A stretch of DNA of 64,000 nucleotides from Pirellulales bacterium (GCA_022844125.1 JALHMI010000002.1:193236-257235); one strand, 5' to 3'. Shown: positions 30,493-40,404, counted from the stretch's first letter. Notes: generated by a model not told the origin, from the sequence alone. Numbers and translations: made by a program.

Positions 30493-31872
30493 ATGTCAAC
30501 ACTTCACACTGCCGCTCCACCCCTTTTAGAACTTTATCAAGCTAAGACGCCCGGCTCGGCGCGGCTGTACAACCGTGCGGTCGAGGTGTTTCCAGGCGGC
30601 GTGACGCACGACACGCGGTACTTGCAGCCTTATCCGCTGTACATCGACCGGGCAGCCGGCTCGCGCAAGTGGGATGTCGATGGCCACGAGTACGTGGATT
30701 ACATCGGCGGGCACGGCGCGCTGATGCTGGGGCACAATCATCCGGCAATCGCCGACGCAGTGCGCGAGCAACTCGGCAAAGGGACACACTTCGGCGCGAG
30801 CCACGGGCTCGAAATCTTGCTCGGCGAGCAGATTCAGAGGATGGTCCCCTGTGCGGGCAAGGTTCGCTTCACCGGCTCCGGCACCGAGAGCACGTTGTTG
30901 GCGATTCGCCTGGCCCGGGCCTTCACCAGCAAACCGAAGATTGTGCGGCTCGCGGGACATTTCCACGGCTGGCACGACCAGGTGGCGTTCGCGGCCGCCT
31001 CGCACTTCGATGGCTCAGTACCAGCCGGCATCTTACCGGGTGTGGTCAGCGAGGCGATCGTTGTTCCACCAGGCGACGTCGCGGCGCTCGAGCGAGTGCT
31101 CGCGGACAACGACGACATCGCCGCGGTGATCATGGAACCCACCGGTGCAACCTTTGGACTTGTTCCACTGGCTGCAAGCTACCTGTCCAAAGCCCGCGAA
31201 CTGACAGCCAGCCACGGCGCGCTGCTGATCTTCGATGAAGTCATCACGGGCTTCCGGGTCTCACCCGGTGGAGCGCAAGCGCACGCGGGGGTGACGCCTG
31301 ACCTCGCAACTTTTGCCAAGATTGTGGCCGGCGGTTTTCCGGGCGGATGCATCGCTGGACGCAATGAGGTGATGGATGTGATGACAATGCGTAGCGATCG
31401 GGCGTGGAATCTGGCCAATCGCGTGCCACACCAGGGCACGTTCAATGCGAACCCGATCACTGCGGCTGCAGGACTGGCGGCGCTCAAGGTCATCGCGGAA
31501 ACTGACGCGATCGCACAGGCGAACACGATCGCCGCGCAGCTTCGCGATCGACTGAACGAAGTGATTCGGGAGGTGGGATCAAACTGGCTCGTGTACGGGG
31601 AACACTCGGGCTTCCACTTCTTTACCAACCCACTGGACCGCCCGCTCTCGGTGAACGACATCTACGCGGGCAACGTATCGCTTGCGGAGCTCAAGGGCGG
31701 TGCGCCTGCATCGGTGATTCACCAACTCCGCTGCGGACTGATCGTCGGTGGAGCGGACATTTTCCCCTGGCCCGGAGGCTGTGTGTCGAGCCTGCACGAC
31801 GAGCATGACGTGGAAATCACGGCCCAAGCCTTGCGTGGCACGCTAGAGCGGATCATGTGGCCGGCAGATTAA
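30493..31872 (+). CDS. Class-III PLP aminotransferase (glutamate-1-semialdehyde aminomutase-like)
   Basis: FPGGVTHD...YVDYIGGHGALMLGHNHPAI...TGSGTESTLLAIRLARAFT...LIFDEVITGFR...TFAKIVAGGFPGG, with the PLP-Lys context. Confidence 0.8.
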   Translation: MSTLHTAAPPLLELYQAKTPGSARLYNRAVEVFPGGVTHDTRYLQPYPLYIDRAAGSRKWDVDGHEYVDYIGGHGALMLGHNHPAIADAVREQLGKGTHFGASHGLEILLGEQIQRMVPCAGKVRFTGSGTESTLLAIRLARAFTSKPKIVRLAGHFHGWHDQVAFAAASHFDGSVPAGILPGVVSEAIVVPPGDVAALERVLADNDDIAAVIMEPTGATFGLVPLAASYLSKARELTASHGALLIFDEVITGFRVSPGGAQAHAGVTPDLATFAKIVAGGFPGGCIAGRNEVMDVMTMRSDRAWNLANRVPHQGTFNANPITAAAGLAALKVIAETDAIAQANTIAAQLRDRLNEVIREVGSNWLVYGEHSGFHFFTNPLDRPLSVNDIYAGNVSLAELKGGAPASVIHQLRCGLIVGGADIFPWPGGCVSSLHDEHDVEITAQALRGTLERIMWPAD

Positions 31873-31905
31873 GGTTTGCGAGCGAGCAAGGCCGTCCGAC
31901 TGTGG

Positions 31906-34119
31906 TTACTGCCGTTCAAGCTCCGCCTGCAGCGCTCGTACCTGGTCAAGGTCGATGCCGGCCGGTTCGTGCTCAAGGATCCAGTGAACGTCTTCGAGCG
32001 CGCGGTCGGTCTGTTGAAGCTGGTAACGTACCACCGCCCGCATCAGGTGGTATTGCCCCTGTTCGGGTGAAATCGCCAGCATCGCATTGAGGTAACGGTG
32101 CAGTGCCGCGGGATCGCTGCGCGAGACGCTCAGCAGATTTTGCAGCATTCGCAACACAATCGCCCGCTTGGTGACCGGTTCGAAGAATGCCGCGATTGCC
32201 GCTGTCTCCAGGCCGGGCCCAAGCGACGTTCGAATGCGACGCTCCGCCTCCTCACGGCTCACCTCGACTGCTTCCTCGAAGACGTCAATTAATCGCAATT
32301 CACCCTCGGCTGTCTGGTGTGCCACGACGAAGTGCCCCGGCAAGCCGATGCCGACGACTTTGACTCCCAGCCGCTGAGCGAGCTCCAAGTATACAATCGA
32401 AAGCGTAATCGGTAGACCTTCGCGGTCATCGAGAACTTCATTCAGGTAGCTGTTCGCGCGGTTATCGTAGTCGCCACGGCTGCCGTGAAAGCCGTTTTCC
32501 TCGAACAGGAACTGTCTGAGTCGGGCGAGTTTTGCGGAGTCGGCGGCATCTACGGGGATCGAACCGACCAACTCGGCCGCCATGTCGTCGAGTTCGCAAC
32601 AGTACCCTTCGACGTCGACCTCGCTATTATCGAGGCGGGCCACCAGTAAGCCGGCCCGAAACAGGTCGATCATATCTTCGTCCACTGCCAGCGCCGTGAC
32701 GAGATCAGTAGTCATGCGCCGTTCATGAGCTTCTCGGGCGAGTTGTTTGAGCTGCTGGGCCTGCCGCTCGAGTCGTGCCGCTTGTTCATTCAAGATCGCG
32801 GCAGCCTGCAATGGATCCTGGGCGAGCCCTTCCAGTAACTCTTCGCTTGGGCTGGACTCGAGTGGCAAATCAGCAATTAGTTTTTGGATGTCCGCGGCTT
32901 TGTCCATGGGAACGCGAAACCGCGCGACTTCGGCGCCGACCTCGAAGCCCTTGAACTCGGCCGCCGTGCCGCGAAACTTGACGAGCCCAGCTTTGCCACA
33001 GATGAGCTGACTGTCAGGAATAGTGACCACGGATTCGTCATTGACGAAACATTCAATCTTGCCGTCGGCCAGTCGGACGCGAAGAGTATTCCAGTCCTTG
33101 GGTTTGTAATGCTTGCTCGGCGCGGTATGCAGGATCTGCCAGCTCTGAACTTCGGGGCCTTCGAAGCGAGTGAGCCGCAATTGCCCGCCGGTCGGATAAA
33201 ACCCGTAGTGCCGGTTATTGCCGTCGGCGCAGAAGGCCAGTCCCGCGGCGCCCGCTTCGTCGTCCAGTTTGACAGTCACGGTGCATTCGTACGGTAGCCT
33301 GGGCACTTCCGCTTGCGCAAGGCACAGCGCGCGTCCGCCGAAACTCGTGCCGGCGCCATCGACAAGCACGCGTCCGGCACGTTGCCGCCAGTTAGCGCCA
33401 AACACGGTTTGCCATTTGTCGGGATCGAGAGCGCCAATTGTGCGCCAGCGAGACATGACGATCGGGTTCGGCTTTTCCAGGAGCGGCTTGAGCAGATTGA
33501 CGGTGAGCGCAAAGCCGAGATTGTTAGTAACCGCCGACTTCATCGTCACGATGCCCTGCACCCGACCTTGGCGGTCGACAAGCGGACCGCCGCTATTGCC
33601 GGGCTCGATCGGCATTGCAAGCTGGACCATCGGCCGGCCGTCGACTTCGCGAACGCCGGAAACGACTCCGCTGACCACGCTGTATTTAAAGCCGCGCGGG
33701 TTGCCGAGCGCGACGACGCTTTGCCCCTGTTTGAGTCCATCGGAATCGCCCAGTTCAAGCGGCGAGAGATCGCTGGCTTCGATCTTGAGGACGGCCAGGT
33801 CGAGGACGCGATCGGAAGCATGAATCGCCGCCACTCCGACTTCGCGTCCGCCAGGCAGCTGCACGCGGATGTCGCGACCCTGGCCGATCACGTGAAAGTT
33901 GGTGACAATCAGTCCATCGGCCGAAATGACGAAGCCGGCGCCCATCCCTTGTCGCTCACCGTCGCGCCCGGCGGAGTTGATCACCACGACCGACTTGCGA
34001 ACCTGCTGGGTGAGGGCTTCGACGGAAAGCTCAGCCGGTGGGACCATCTCTGGTTCATCAGCGAAGAGCAGGCTGGCGGCGATCAGCACCAGGGCCGTGG
34101 CGAGGAACGCGCTTCGCAT
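31906..34119 (-). CDS. Multidomain secreted protein: S1C (HtrA/DegP-like) serine protease + DUF1080-like jelly-roll + coiled coil + SirB1-type transglutaminase-like/TPR domain
   Basis: Signal peptide. Protease triad contexts TNFHVIG, DLAVLKI, GNSGGPLVD, with no PDZ domain. Middle WQTVFGANWRQRAGRVLVDG...RVRLADGKIECFVNDE is DUF1080-like. C-terminal YLNEVLDDREGLPITLSIVYLELAQRLGV...GLPGHFVV followed by TPR-like helices is SirB1/YchA-like. GGGAG lies 5 nt upstream of the ATG. Confidence 0.75.
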   Translation of the reverse strand: MRSAFLATALVLIAASLLFADEPEMVPPAELSVEALTQQVRKSVVVINSAGRDGERQGMGAGFVISADGLIVTNFHVIGQGRDIRVQLPGGREVGVAAIHASDRVLDLAVLKIEASDLSPLELGDSDGLKQGQSVVALGNPRGFKYSVVSGVVSGVREVDGRPMVQLAMPIEPGNSGGPLVDRQGRVQGIVTMKSAVTNNLGFALTVNLLKPLLEKPNPIVMSRWRTIGALDPDKWQTVFGANWRQRAGRVLVDGAGTSFGGRALCLAQAEVPRLPYECTVTVKLDDEAGAAGLAFCADGNNRHYGFYPTGGQLRLTRFEGPEVQSWQILHTAPSKHYKPKDWNTLRVRLADGKIECFVNDESVVTIPDSQLICGKAGLVKFRGTAAEFKGFEVGAEVARFRVPMDKAADIQKLIADLPLESSPSEELLEGLAQDPLQAAAILNEQAARLERQAQQLKQLAREAHERRMTTDLVTALAVDEDMIDLFRAGLLVARLDNSEVDVEGYCCELDDMAAELVGSIPVDAADSAKLARLRQFLFEENGFHGSRGDYDNRANSYLNEVLDDREGLPITLSIVYLELAQRLGVKVVGIGLPGHFVVAHQTAEGELRLIDVFEEAVEVSREEAERRIRTSLGPGLETAAIAAFFEPVTKRAIVLRMLQNLLSVSRSDPAALHRYLNAMLAISPEQGQYHLMRAVVRYQLQQTDRALEDVHWILEHEPAGIDLDQVRALQAELERQ

Positions 34120-34288
34120 GGCAGCTCCCGAAAGGCGGACAGTGGCGGTAGGGTACAGCCGTACCGCTCGCCCATTATCTTACCCACGGTCGACAACTAC
34201 TGGCCAGAAAATCAGGCGATCTGCTGAGCAGAGGTCAGCCGAAAGCGGCCACCTGCGCCACTTATCTGAAGAGAAACACCCGCGGGAT

Positions 34289-34732
34289 CTACTTCTTCTC
34301 GCGCTTCCAGACCTCGAGTACGCAACCGGTTCCTTCAGCGCCGGTGAACTCGGTGGGGCGGTGCTTGTTGTCGCTTTCGAGACAGATGGTCAGCTCATCC
34401 CCTTCGACCTTATAGATGACAAGGTACACCTTGTCCTTGTCCGGGCCTTCGCCGACGACGATATCCAGGGCCTTGGGCTCCTGCGAAGGATCGAAGCGGT
34501 AGGTGCCCTGCTCGTGAAACTCGCCGTTCTCGAACTTATAGTTCGCGCCTTCGACGGTGAGCTTGATCGGTTTGAGCTTCTCGGCAGGGGTTTCTTTACC
34601 CTCGTGTACCATCGAGACGGCACGCCAAGTGCCCTGCCACTTCTCGATCTCTTTCTTGTCCGCGTCGGTCTCGGCCGCCAGAACGGCGAGCGAACCCACG
34701 ACGAGTAGTGCCACGGGAATGAAATTCTTCAT
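34289..34732 (-). CDS. TIGR03067-like Planctomycete-specific small secreted protein
   Basis: Signal peptide MKNFIPVALLVVGSLAVLAA, then KWQGTWRAVSMVHEGKETPAEKLKPIKLTVEGANYKF...GTYRFDPSQEPKALDIV, the family's typical pattern. Confidence 0.65.
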   Translation of the reverse strand: MKNFIPVALLVVGSLAVLAAETDADKKEIEKWQGTWRAVSMVHEGKETPAEKLKPIKLTVEGANYKFENGEFHEQGTYRFDPSQEPKALDIVVGEGPDKDKVYLVIYKVEGDELTICLESDNKHRPTEFTGAEGTGCVLEVWKREKK

Positions 34733-34998
34733 CACAAAGCTTCCGTTCAACGCGCCCGCCGTTACGACAAAATAGCCCGCGGAGCTCGCCGTAGTATGCC
34801 GCTCTTCGTGAGGACTGTAAAGGATTGCCAGCCCCTAAAACTGGCCCGAATCCTGGAATTTCGGTCACAGGGTGCGGGTTACAGCGAACGACTAAACCTT
34901 GCGGCCGGACTCTCCAAACGGCTCGGAGCGTCTGTTAAGGTAGAAGCTTGCCAACCCGGCGTCCCAGACCTGTTTGCAACCACCAGGAATCCATCGAC

Positions 34999-37900
34999 AT
35001 GAGGCGCTCGCTCTCGTCGTTTGCACTGCTCTGCGTCCTTTGTTCCGCAAAGACGTCTATGGCTGCTGACGCTCCGACCGGCGAGCTCCCCAAGAGCGCC
35101 GACGGTCGGTCGCTTAATTTGGACTTCGAGAAAGGCAACCTCGACGACTGGACGGCCCAGGGCGAAGCCTTCGCCAAGCAGCCCGTGCGCGGCGACACGG
35201 TGACTGGCCGCGGCCGTGGGCAGCAGAGCAAACACGCGGGAACTTTCTGGATTGGCGGTTACGAAATCTCGCTGAGCGACGCGCCGAAGGGCACGCTCAC
35301 CTCGGCGCCGTTCAAGCTCACGCAGCCCTGGGCCAGCTTTCGAGTCGCTGGCGGCTCGCATAATTCGACACGCGTGGAGCTCGTCGACAACGCGACCGGC
35401 AAGGTGATTACCGCGCGTTCGGGCGACAACTCCGAAACTCTGCGTCCCGTCGTGCTCGACGTGGCTAAGCATCAAGGGAGCGAAGTCTTTCTGCGGCTGG
35501 TCGATGAATCTGCAAACGGCTGGGGACATTTGAACTTTGACGACTTCAAACTGCACGCCGAGAAGCCGAACTTCCCGGATGCCGTCGAAGAGCAACCGCA
35601 AGATGAGTATCCCTTCGCGGGTCTTTCGCCCGAGGAAGCCGCCAGGGCGATGGTGCTCCCCGAAGGTTTTTCGGCCACCCTCGCGGCCGGCGAGCCCGAA
35701 GTGATGCAGCCGATCGCGATGGCCTTCGACGACCGCGGCCGGCTGTGGGTGGCCGAGGCGTACACCTACCCAATCCGCGCGCCCGAAGGGAAAGGCCGCG
35801 ACCGGATTCTGATCTTCGAGGATGCGGACGGCGACGGCCGGCTCGAGTCGCGCAAAGTGTTCATGGAGAACTTGAACCTGGTGAGCGGCTTGGAAGTCGG
35901 CTTCGGTGGCGTATGGATCGGCGCGGCACCGTATCTGTTATTCGTGCCCGACAAGAATGGCGACGATGTTCCGGATGGCGAACCCGTCGCCCTGCTGGAC
36001 GGCTGGGGATTTCAGGACACGCACGAAACGCTGAATGCATTCACCTGGGGACCGGATGGCTGGCTCTATGGTTGCCATGGCGTGTTCACGCACTCGCTGG
36101 TCGGCAAGCCCGGCGCCAAGAAGGAGGACCGGGTGCCGATCAACGCCGGCATCTGGCGCTATCATCCGACGCGGCACGTGTTCGAAGTCTTCGCCCAAGG
36201 CACGAGCAATCCTTGGGGCGTCGACTTCAACGATCGCGGCCAGGCCTTCGTCACGGCCTGCGTCATTCCGCACCTGTACCACATCATTCAGGGCGGCCGC
36301 TACCAGCGGCAAGCCGGTGTGCACTTCAACCAGTACACCTACGACGACATCAAGACCGTCGCCATCCACCGCCACTGGATCGGCGACACGCCGCACTCGG
36401 GCAACGACAAGAGCGACACAGCCGGCGGTGGACACGCGCACGCCGGAGCGATGATCTATCTCGGCGGAAGCTGGCCCGCGAAGTATCGCGACCAGATCTT
36501 CATGAACAACATTCACGGCCAGCGGCTCAACGAAGACCTGCTGCTCCCCAAGGGGTCGGGCTACATCGGCGATCGTGCGCCGGACTTCTGCCTCACCCGC
36601 GATCGCTGGTCGCAGATCATCAACCTGCAGTATGGCCCCGATGGCCAGATGTGGATGATCGACTGGTACGACGCCAACGCCTGTCATCACCGCGAAACCG
36701 ACGGCCACGACCGCACGAACGGCCGGATCTTCAAGATCTCCTACAAGAACGCCCAGCCCGTGAAAGTCGACCTGCAGAAGCTGTCCAGCGAAGAGCTGGT
36801 GAAGCTGCAACTGCATGAGAACGACTGGATGGTGCGGCACGCCCGGCGGATCCTGCAAGAACGCGGCGCCGATGCGGCCAACACGCACGCTAGCCTCACG
36901 CAAATGGCGGTCGACCACCCGCTGGAAACACGGCGGCTGCGCGGCCTCTGGGCACTGTTCGCCACGGGGGGTGTCGACGAAGCTACCGCACTTGAACTTC
37001 TGGAAAACGACTATCCGCACGTGCGGGCTTTCACGATCCAGCTCATGACCGACGATACCAAGCGCACGCTGTCGCCGACGGTCGTCGAACGGATCGTGGC
37101 CCTGGCCGACGATCCTTCGCCGGTCGTCAGGCTGTATGTGGCGAGCGCACTGCAGCGCCTGCCGGCGGATGCGAGCTGGGCGGCACTGCCCAAGCTGCTG
37201 GCGCATTCGCGAGACGCGGGCGACCACAACCTGCCGCTGATGTACTGGTATGCCGCTGAACCCTTGGCCGAAGTAGATGCCAACCGCGCGCTCGCCCTGG
37301 CCGGCGCCGGCAAGATCCCGCTCGTGCAATCGTTCATGGCCCGCCGCGTGGCAAAGATTGGCACGCCCGAAGCGATCGCAGCGGTCGTGTCGCAGCTAGC
37401 GAAATCGAAGAAGCCGGAAACGCAATTGCTCTTGCTGGCCGCGATTGAAGAAGGGCTGCGCGGACGCCGGCAGGTGCCGATGCCCGAGGGCTGGTCAGCC
37501 ATTTCCGGTTCGCTGGTCGAAAGCGCGAATGCCGACGTCAACGCCCAGGCGACGGCACTCGCGCTCAAGTTCGGCGATCCGGCCGCGCTTGCCAAGCTGC
37601 GCGGCGCGCTGGTGGATTCCAAGAAACCGGTCGGCGAGCGCGAGCAGGCGCTCGAGGCGCTCCTCGGGGTGCGCGATCCCGAACTCGCTTCCACGCTACA
37701 CGGCCTGATTGCCGATCAGGCACTTCGCCCGGGCGCGCTACGAGGCCTGGCGTCGTACGATCACGAAGGTACGCCGAAGGCGATTCTCGCAGCGTACAAA
37801 AGCCTGAACCTGAACGAGAAGCGCGACGCCTTGAACACGCTGGCCGCGCGCGTGTCGTATGCCTCGGCGCTGCTGTCGGCGGTGCAAGAAAAGCAGATCG

Positions 37901-39036
37901 CCGCCACGGACCTTTCGGCCGACCTGATCCGCCAGCTTCGCAATCACAAGAACGAGGAGCTGAACTCGCGGATTGGCGAGGTGTGGGGAACGGCCCGCGA
38001 ATCGACCGAAGAGAAGTCAAAGCTGATCGCAGACTATACGAGGCTGGCCAAGATGTCCAAGCCTGAGGCCGATCCGGCACTCGGCCGGGCGGTGTTCACA
38101 AAGACCTGCGCCCAGTGCCACACGCTGTTTGGCGCCGGCGGTAAGATTGGACCCGAACTGACCGGCTCGAACCGGGCGAACCTCGAGTACATCCTGTCGA
38201 ACATCCTGGACCCCAGCTCGGTGATGGCCAAGGAATATCAGCCGAGCATCCTGGTCACGGCCGACGGCCGCGTGGTCACCGGCATTATCAAGCAGCAGGA
38301 CGACGTGGCCCTGACCGTGCAGACGGCAAACGAACTGGTCACCATTCCTCGCAATGAAATCGACGAGATGCAAATCAGCCCCCAGTCGATGATGCCAGAC
38401 GATCTGTTGAAGCCGCTGTCGCCCCTGGAAGTTCGCTCGCTGATCGCGTACCTGGCCTCACCGGCTCAAACGCCAATGCTGGCCACGGTCGATAATGTCG
38501 CCAATTTCTTCAATGGCAAGGACCTCACCGGCTGGACGGGGAATCCGTCGCTATGGAGCGTCGAGGACGGACAGCTCGTCGGCCGCACCAAGGGACTCAA
38601 GGACAACGAGTTCCTCCAGAGCGACCTGGTATTGGGCGACTTCCGCCTCCGCTGCCAGGTCGAACTCGTCGACAACCAGGGCAACAGCGGCATCCAGTTC
38701 CGCTCGGAAGCCCTGCCCGACGGACACGTCAAAGGCTACCAGGCCGACATCGGCATCGGCTGGTGGGGCAAGCTCTACGAAGAACACGGCCGGGCCTTAC
38801 TCTGGAACAAGAGTGGCGAAAAGTTCGTGAAGCCGGGCTGGAACACCTACGAGATTCTGGCCGTCGGCGATCGCGTTCGAACCTGGATCAACGACCAGCC
38901 TTGCGTCGATCTGGAAGACGCGGCCGGCGCCAAGCGTGGCATCATCGCCTTGCAACTCCACTCGGGCGGCGCGACCGAGGTGCGGTACAAGGATTTTGAG
39001 ATCGAGCTCAATCCGAAGCCTTCAGACGCCAAGTAA
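34999..39036 (+). CDS. PVC-type heme-binding protein: N-terminal LamG-like module + beta-propeller dehydrogenase-like domain + HEAT repeats + cytochrome c (CxxCH) + C-terminal DUF1080
   Basis: Signal peptide from ATG 34999. LVAGEPEVMQPIAMAFDDRGRLWVAE...DGDGRLE propeller region, HEAT region, CAQCHTLFGAGGKIGPELTG, then FFNGKDLTGWTGNPSLWSVEDGQLVG...GNSGIQFRS...LQLHSGG (DUF1080). Confidence 0.8.
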   Translation: MRRSLSSFALLCVLCSAKTSMAADAPTGELPKSADGRSLNLDFEKGNLDDWTAQGEAFAKQPVRGDTVTGRGRGQQSKHAGTFWIGGYEISLSDAPKGTLTSAPFKLTQPWASFRVAGGSHNSTRVELVDNATGKVITARSGDNSETLRPVVLDVAKHQGSEVFLRLVDESANGWGHLNFDDFKLHAEKPNFPDAVEEQPQDEYPFAGLSPEEAARAMVLPEGFSATLAAGEPEVMQPIAMAFDDRGRLWVAEAYTYPIRAPEGKGRDRILIFEDADGDGRLESRKVFMENLNLVSGLEVGFGGVWIGAAPYLLFVPDKNGDDVPDGEPVALLDGWGFQDTHETLNAFTWGPDGWLYGCHGVFTHSLVGKPGAKKEDRVPINAGIWRYHPTRHVFEVFAQGTSNPWGVDFNDRGQAFVTACVIPHLYHIIQGGRYQRQAGVHFNQYTYDDIKTVAIHRHWIGDTPHSGNDKSDTAGGGHAHAGAMIYLGGSWPAKYRDQIFMNNIHGQRLNEDLLLPKGSGYIGDRAPDFCLTRDRWSQIINLQYGPDGQMWMIDWYDANACHHRETDGHDRTNGRIFKISYKNAQPVKVDLQKLSSEELVKLQLHENDWMVRHARRILQERGADAANTHASLTQMAVDHPLETRRLRGLWALFATGGVDEATALELLENDYPHVRAFTIQLMTDDTKRTLSPTVVERIVALADDPSPVVRLYVASALQRLPADASWAALPKLLAHSRDAGDHNLPLMYWYAAEPLAEVDANRALALAGAGKIPLVQSFMARRVAKIGTPEAIAAVVSQLAKSKKPETQLLLLAAIEEGLRGRRQVPMPEGWSAISGSLVESANADVNAQATALALKFGDPAALAKLRGALVDSKKPVGEREQALEALLGVRDPELASTLHGLIADQALRPGALRGLASYDHEGTPKAILAAYKSLNLNEKRDALNTLAARVSYASALLSAVQEKQIAATDLSADLIRQLRNHKNEELNSRIGEVWGTARESTEEKSKLIADYTRLAKMSKPEADPALGRAVFTKTCAQCHTLFGAGGKIGPELTGSNRANLEYILSNILDPSSVMAKEYQPSILVTADGRVVTGIIKQQDDVALTVQTANELVTIPRNEIDEMQISPQSMMPDDLLKPLSPLEVRSLIAYLASPAQTPMLATVDNVANFFNGKDLTGWTGNPSLWSVEDGQLVGRTKGLKDNEFLQSDLVLGDFRLRCQVELVDNQGNSGIQFRSEALPDGHVKGYQADIGIGWWGKLYEEHGRALLWNKSGEKFVKPGWNTYEILAVGDRVRTWINDQPCVDLEDAAGAKRGIIALQLHSGGATEVRYKDFEIELNPKPSDAK

Positions 39037-39222
39037 CGGATCCCTTCGATGCGCGTTCGCTTGCAGTTGCTCAAGGCGTTTCGCCCTGCGCTAGTTGCAT
39101 GACGGCCGGCCAGGCGATCACGCTCGCGGGAAAGTTTCGCGTCACCGGCAATCAATCGTTCGGCACCACCTGCTGCGGCCGCAGCGTGCCGCGATTGGAA
39201 AGGGTCGGCCAGTAAACGCCAA

Positions 39223-39259
39223 CTGCCGTTCAGCCCGCCAAAGCAAGGCTGAACGGCAG
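39223..39259. terminator. Perfect 13 bp inverted repeat (CTGCCGTTCAGCC-N11-GGCTGAACGGCAG) between convergent genes; candidate bidirectional terminator
   Basis: Read directly from the sequence. It lies between the stop of the 1362-aa gene (39036) and the stop of the PEP-CTERM gene (39290). No clear U-tract, so Rho-independent function is uncertain. Confidence 0.45.
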
Positions 39260-39289
39260 TCGAGTGACTCTTTGCGAAGCTCGTCCCAG

Positions 39290-40084
39290 TTAGCTCTTGC
39301 GCTTCGCACGCCGGCCAATCAGCCACGCTCCGGCCACGCCCAGGCCCAGGAGCGCGAAGCTCGACGGTTCAGGAACGACAACGGTATCGGAAGCATAGCC
39401 GTTGGCCGACCAGACGCTGTCGACCGTGAGTCCCGCGATGCTGATTGGAAAGGACGTCGGTCCGCCCGGAAAGTCGATGTCGATGGTGTACAGCGGCTGA
39501 TTTCCCGGCACGTCAAAGCGAGCCCACCACTGACCGGCATTAACCGCATTGCCGCCGATCACGAACTCGGTCGGTTCGACGCCACCGATCGTGAAACGCG
39601 GGTAGTTCACGATCAGCGTATCGGGGCCCGTGGGGCCCGCCGTGCTGGTAAAGCCCTGGAGGATTAGCGTGGTGAAGCCGGTGCCTGCCAAGCCGTCGGT
39701 CGGGACGACCATCGTGGCGAAAGCCTGCTTGCCGATCGGACCTTGACCGGTGTAGATGTTGCCGCTGCTCGACCCGATCACGACGAACGGCACATTGGCG
39801 CGGTCGTTCTGGTAGAACTCAACGCCGTCACCCAGCCCCACGTCTCCCAGCGTGGGCGGCGCGTTGTTCAGAATGCGACTCGACGAGGGGGGCACAGGGT
39901 TGCCGAAGAACGTGCCGCCCACGTAGCCGAACCACGTGGCGTTTGAGCCGCCGCGGAACGAAGGGGAAAACAGTCCGGCCGATTCACTGATGTTGAATTC
40001 CGCGCGGGCCGAAGTAACCAGCGCGAACGAGCACAATGCGGTGGCGAGGATGCCGCAAACCAAGTGGGACAAACGATAGTGCAT
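39290..40084 (-). CDS. PEP-CTERM sorting-domain secreted protein (264 aa)
   Basis: Signal peptide (…LVTSARA), a Gly/Thr-rich ~200 aa body, and C-terminal VPEPSSFALLGLGVAGAWLIGRRAKRKS (PEP motif + TM + basic tail). Confidence 0.85.
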   Translation of the reverse strand: MHYRLSHLVCGILATALCSFALVTSARAEFNISESAGLFSPSFRGGSNATWFGYVGGTFFGNPVPPSSSRILNNAPPTLGDVGLGDGVEFYQNDRANVPFVVIGSSSGNIYTGQGPIGKQAFATMVVPTDGLAGTGFTTLILQGFTSTAGPTGPDTLIVNYPRFTIGGVEPTEFVIGGNAVNAGQWWARFDVPGNQPLYTIDIDFPGGPTSFPISIAGLTVDSVWSANGYASDTVVVPEPSSFALLGLGVAGAWLIGRRAKRKS

Positions 40085-40404
40085 GGTAGTGTCGTCTCAA
40101 AAGTGCCAATCGAGGGTAATAAATACGCAAACCCGTGGCGAAATGGGATCGCCAACAAGGCATGACAGACTCTCGCCAGGCGTTGTGTCATCGCACTCCG
40201 CGCTCATTCAAGGCGCGCGAGAGGATGAGAGCCTGTTGAGATGCGGCCGGAGCCGCGCTTGGGCGGAGTCTGTGGGAGCTACCCCTTAGTAGATCGTGGT
40301 GATCGGTTTGCATCACCGTTCGAACAACATCGAGCTCGTTCGCAGTCTCTGCTGGCGGCGGGCAATCGCTTGCAAGGATTGGCAGGTCTGGCGAGCTAGA
40401 AACC

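Noticed and set aside
34796-35002. 68 aa ORF upstream of the 1345 aa heme-binding gene.
   Set aside because: It lies in the probable promoter or 5' UTR region and overlaps the true start at 34999. It has no ribosome-binding site or motif support.
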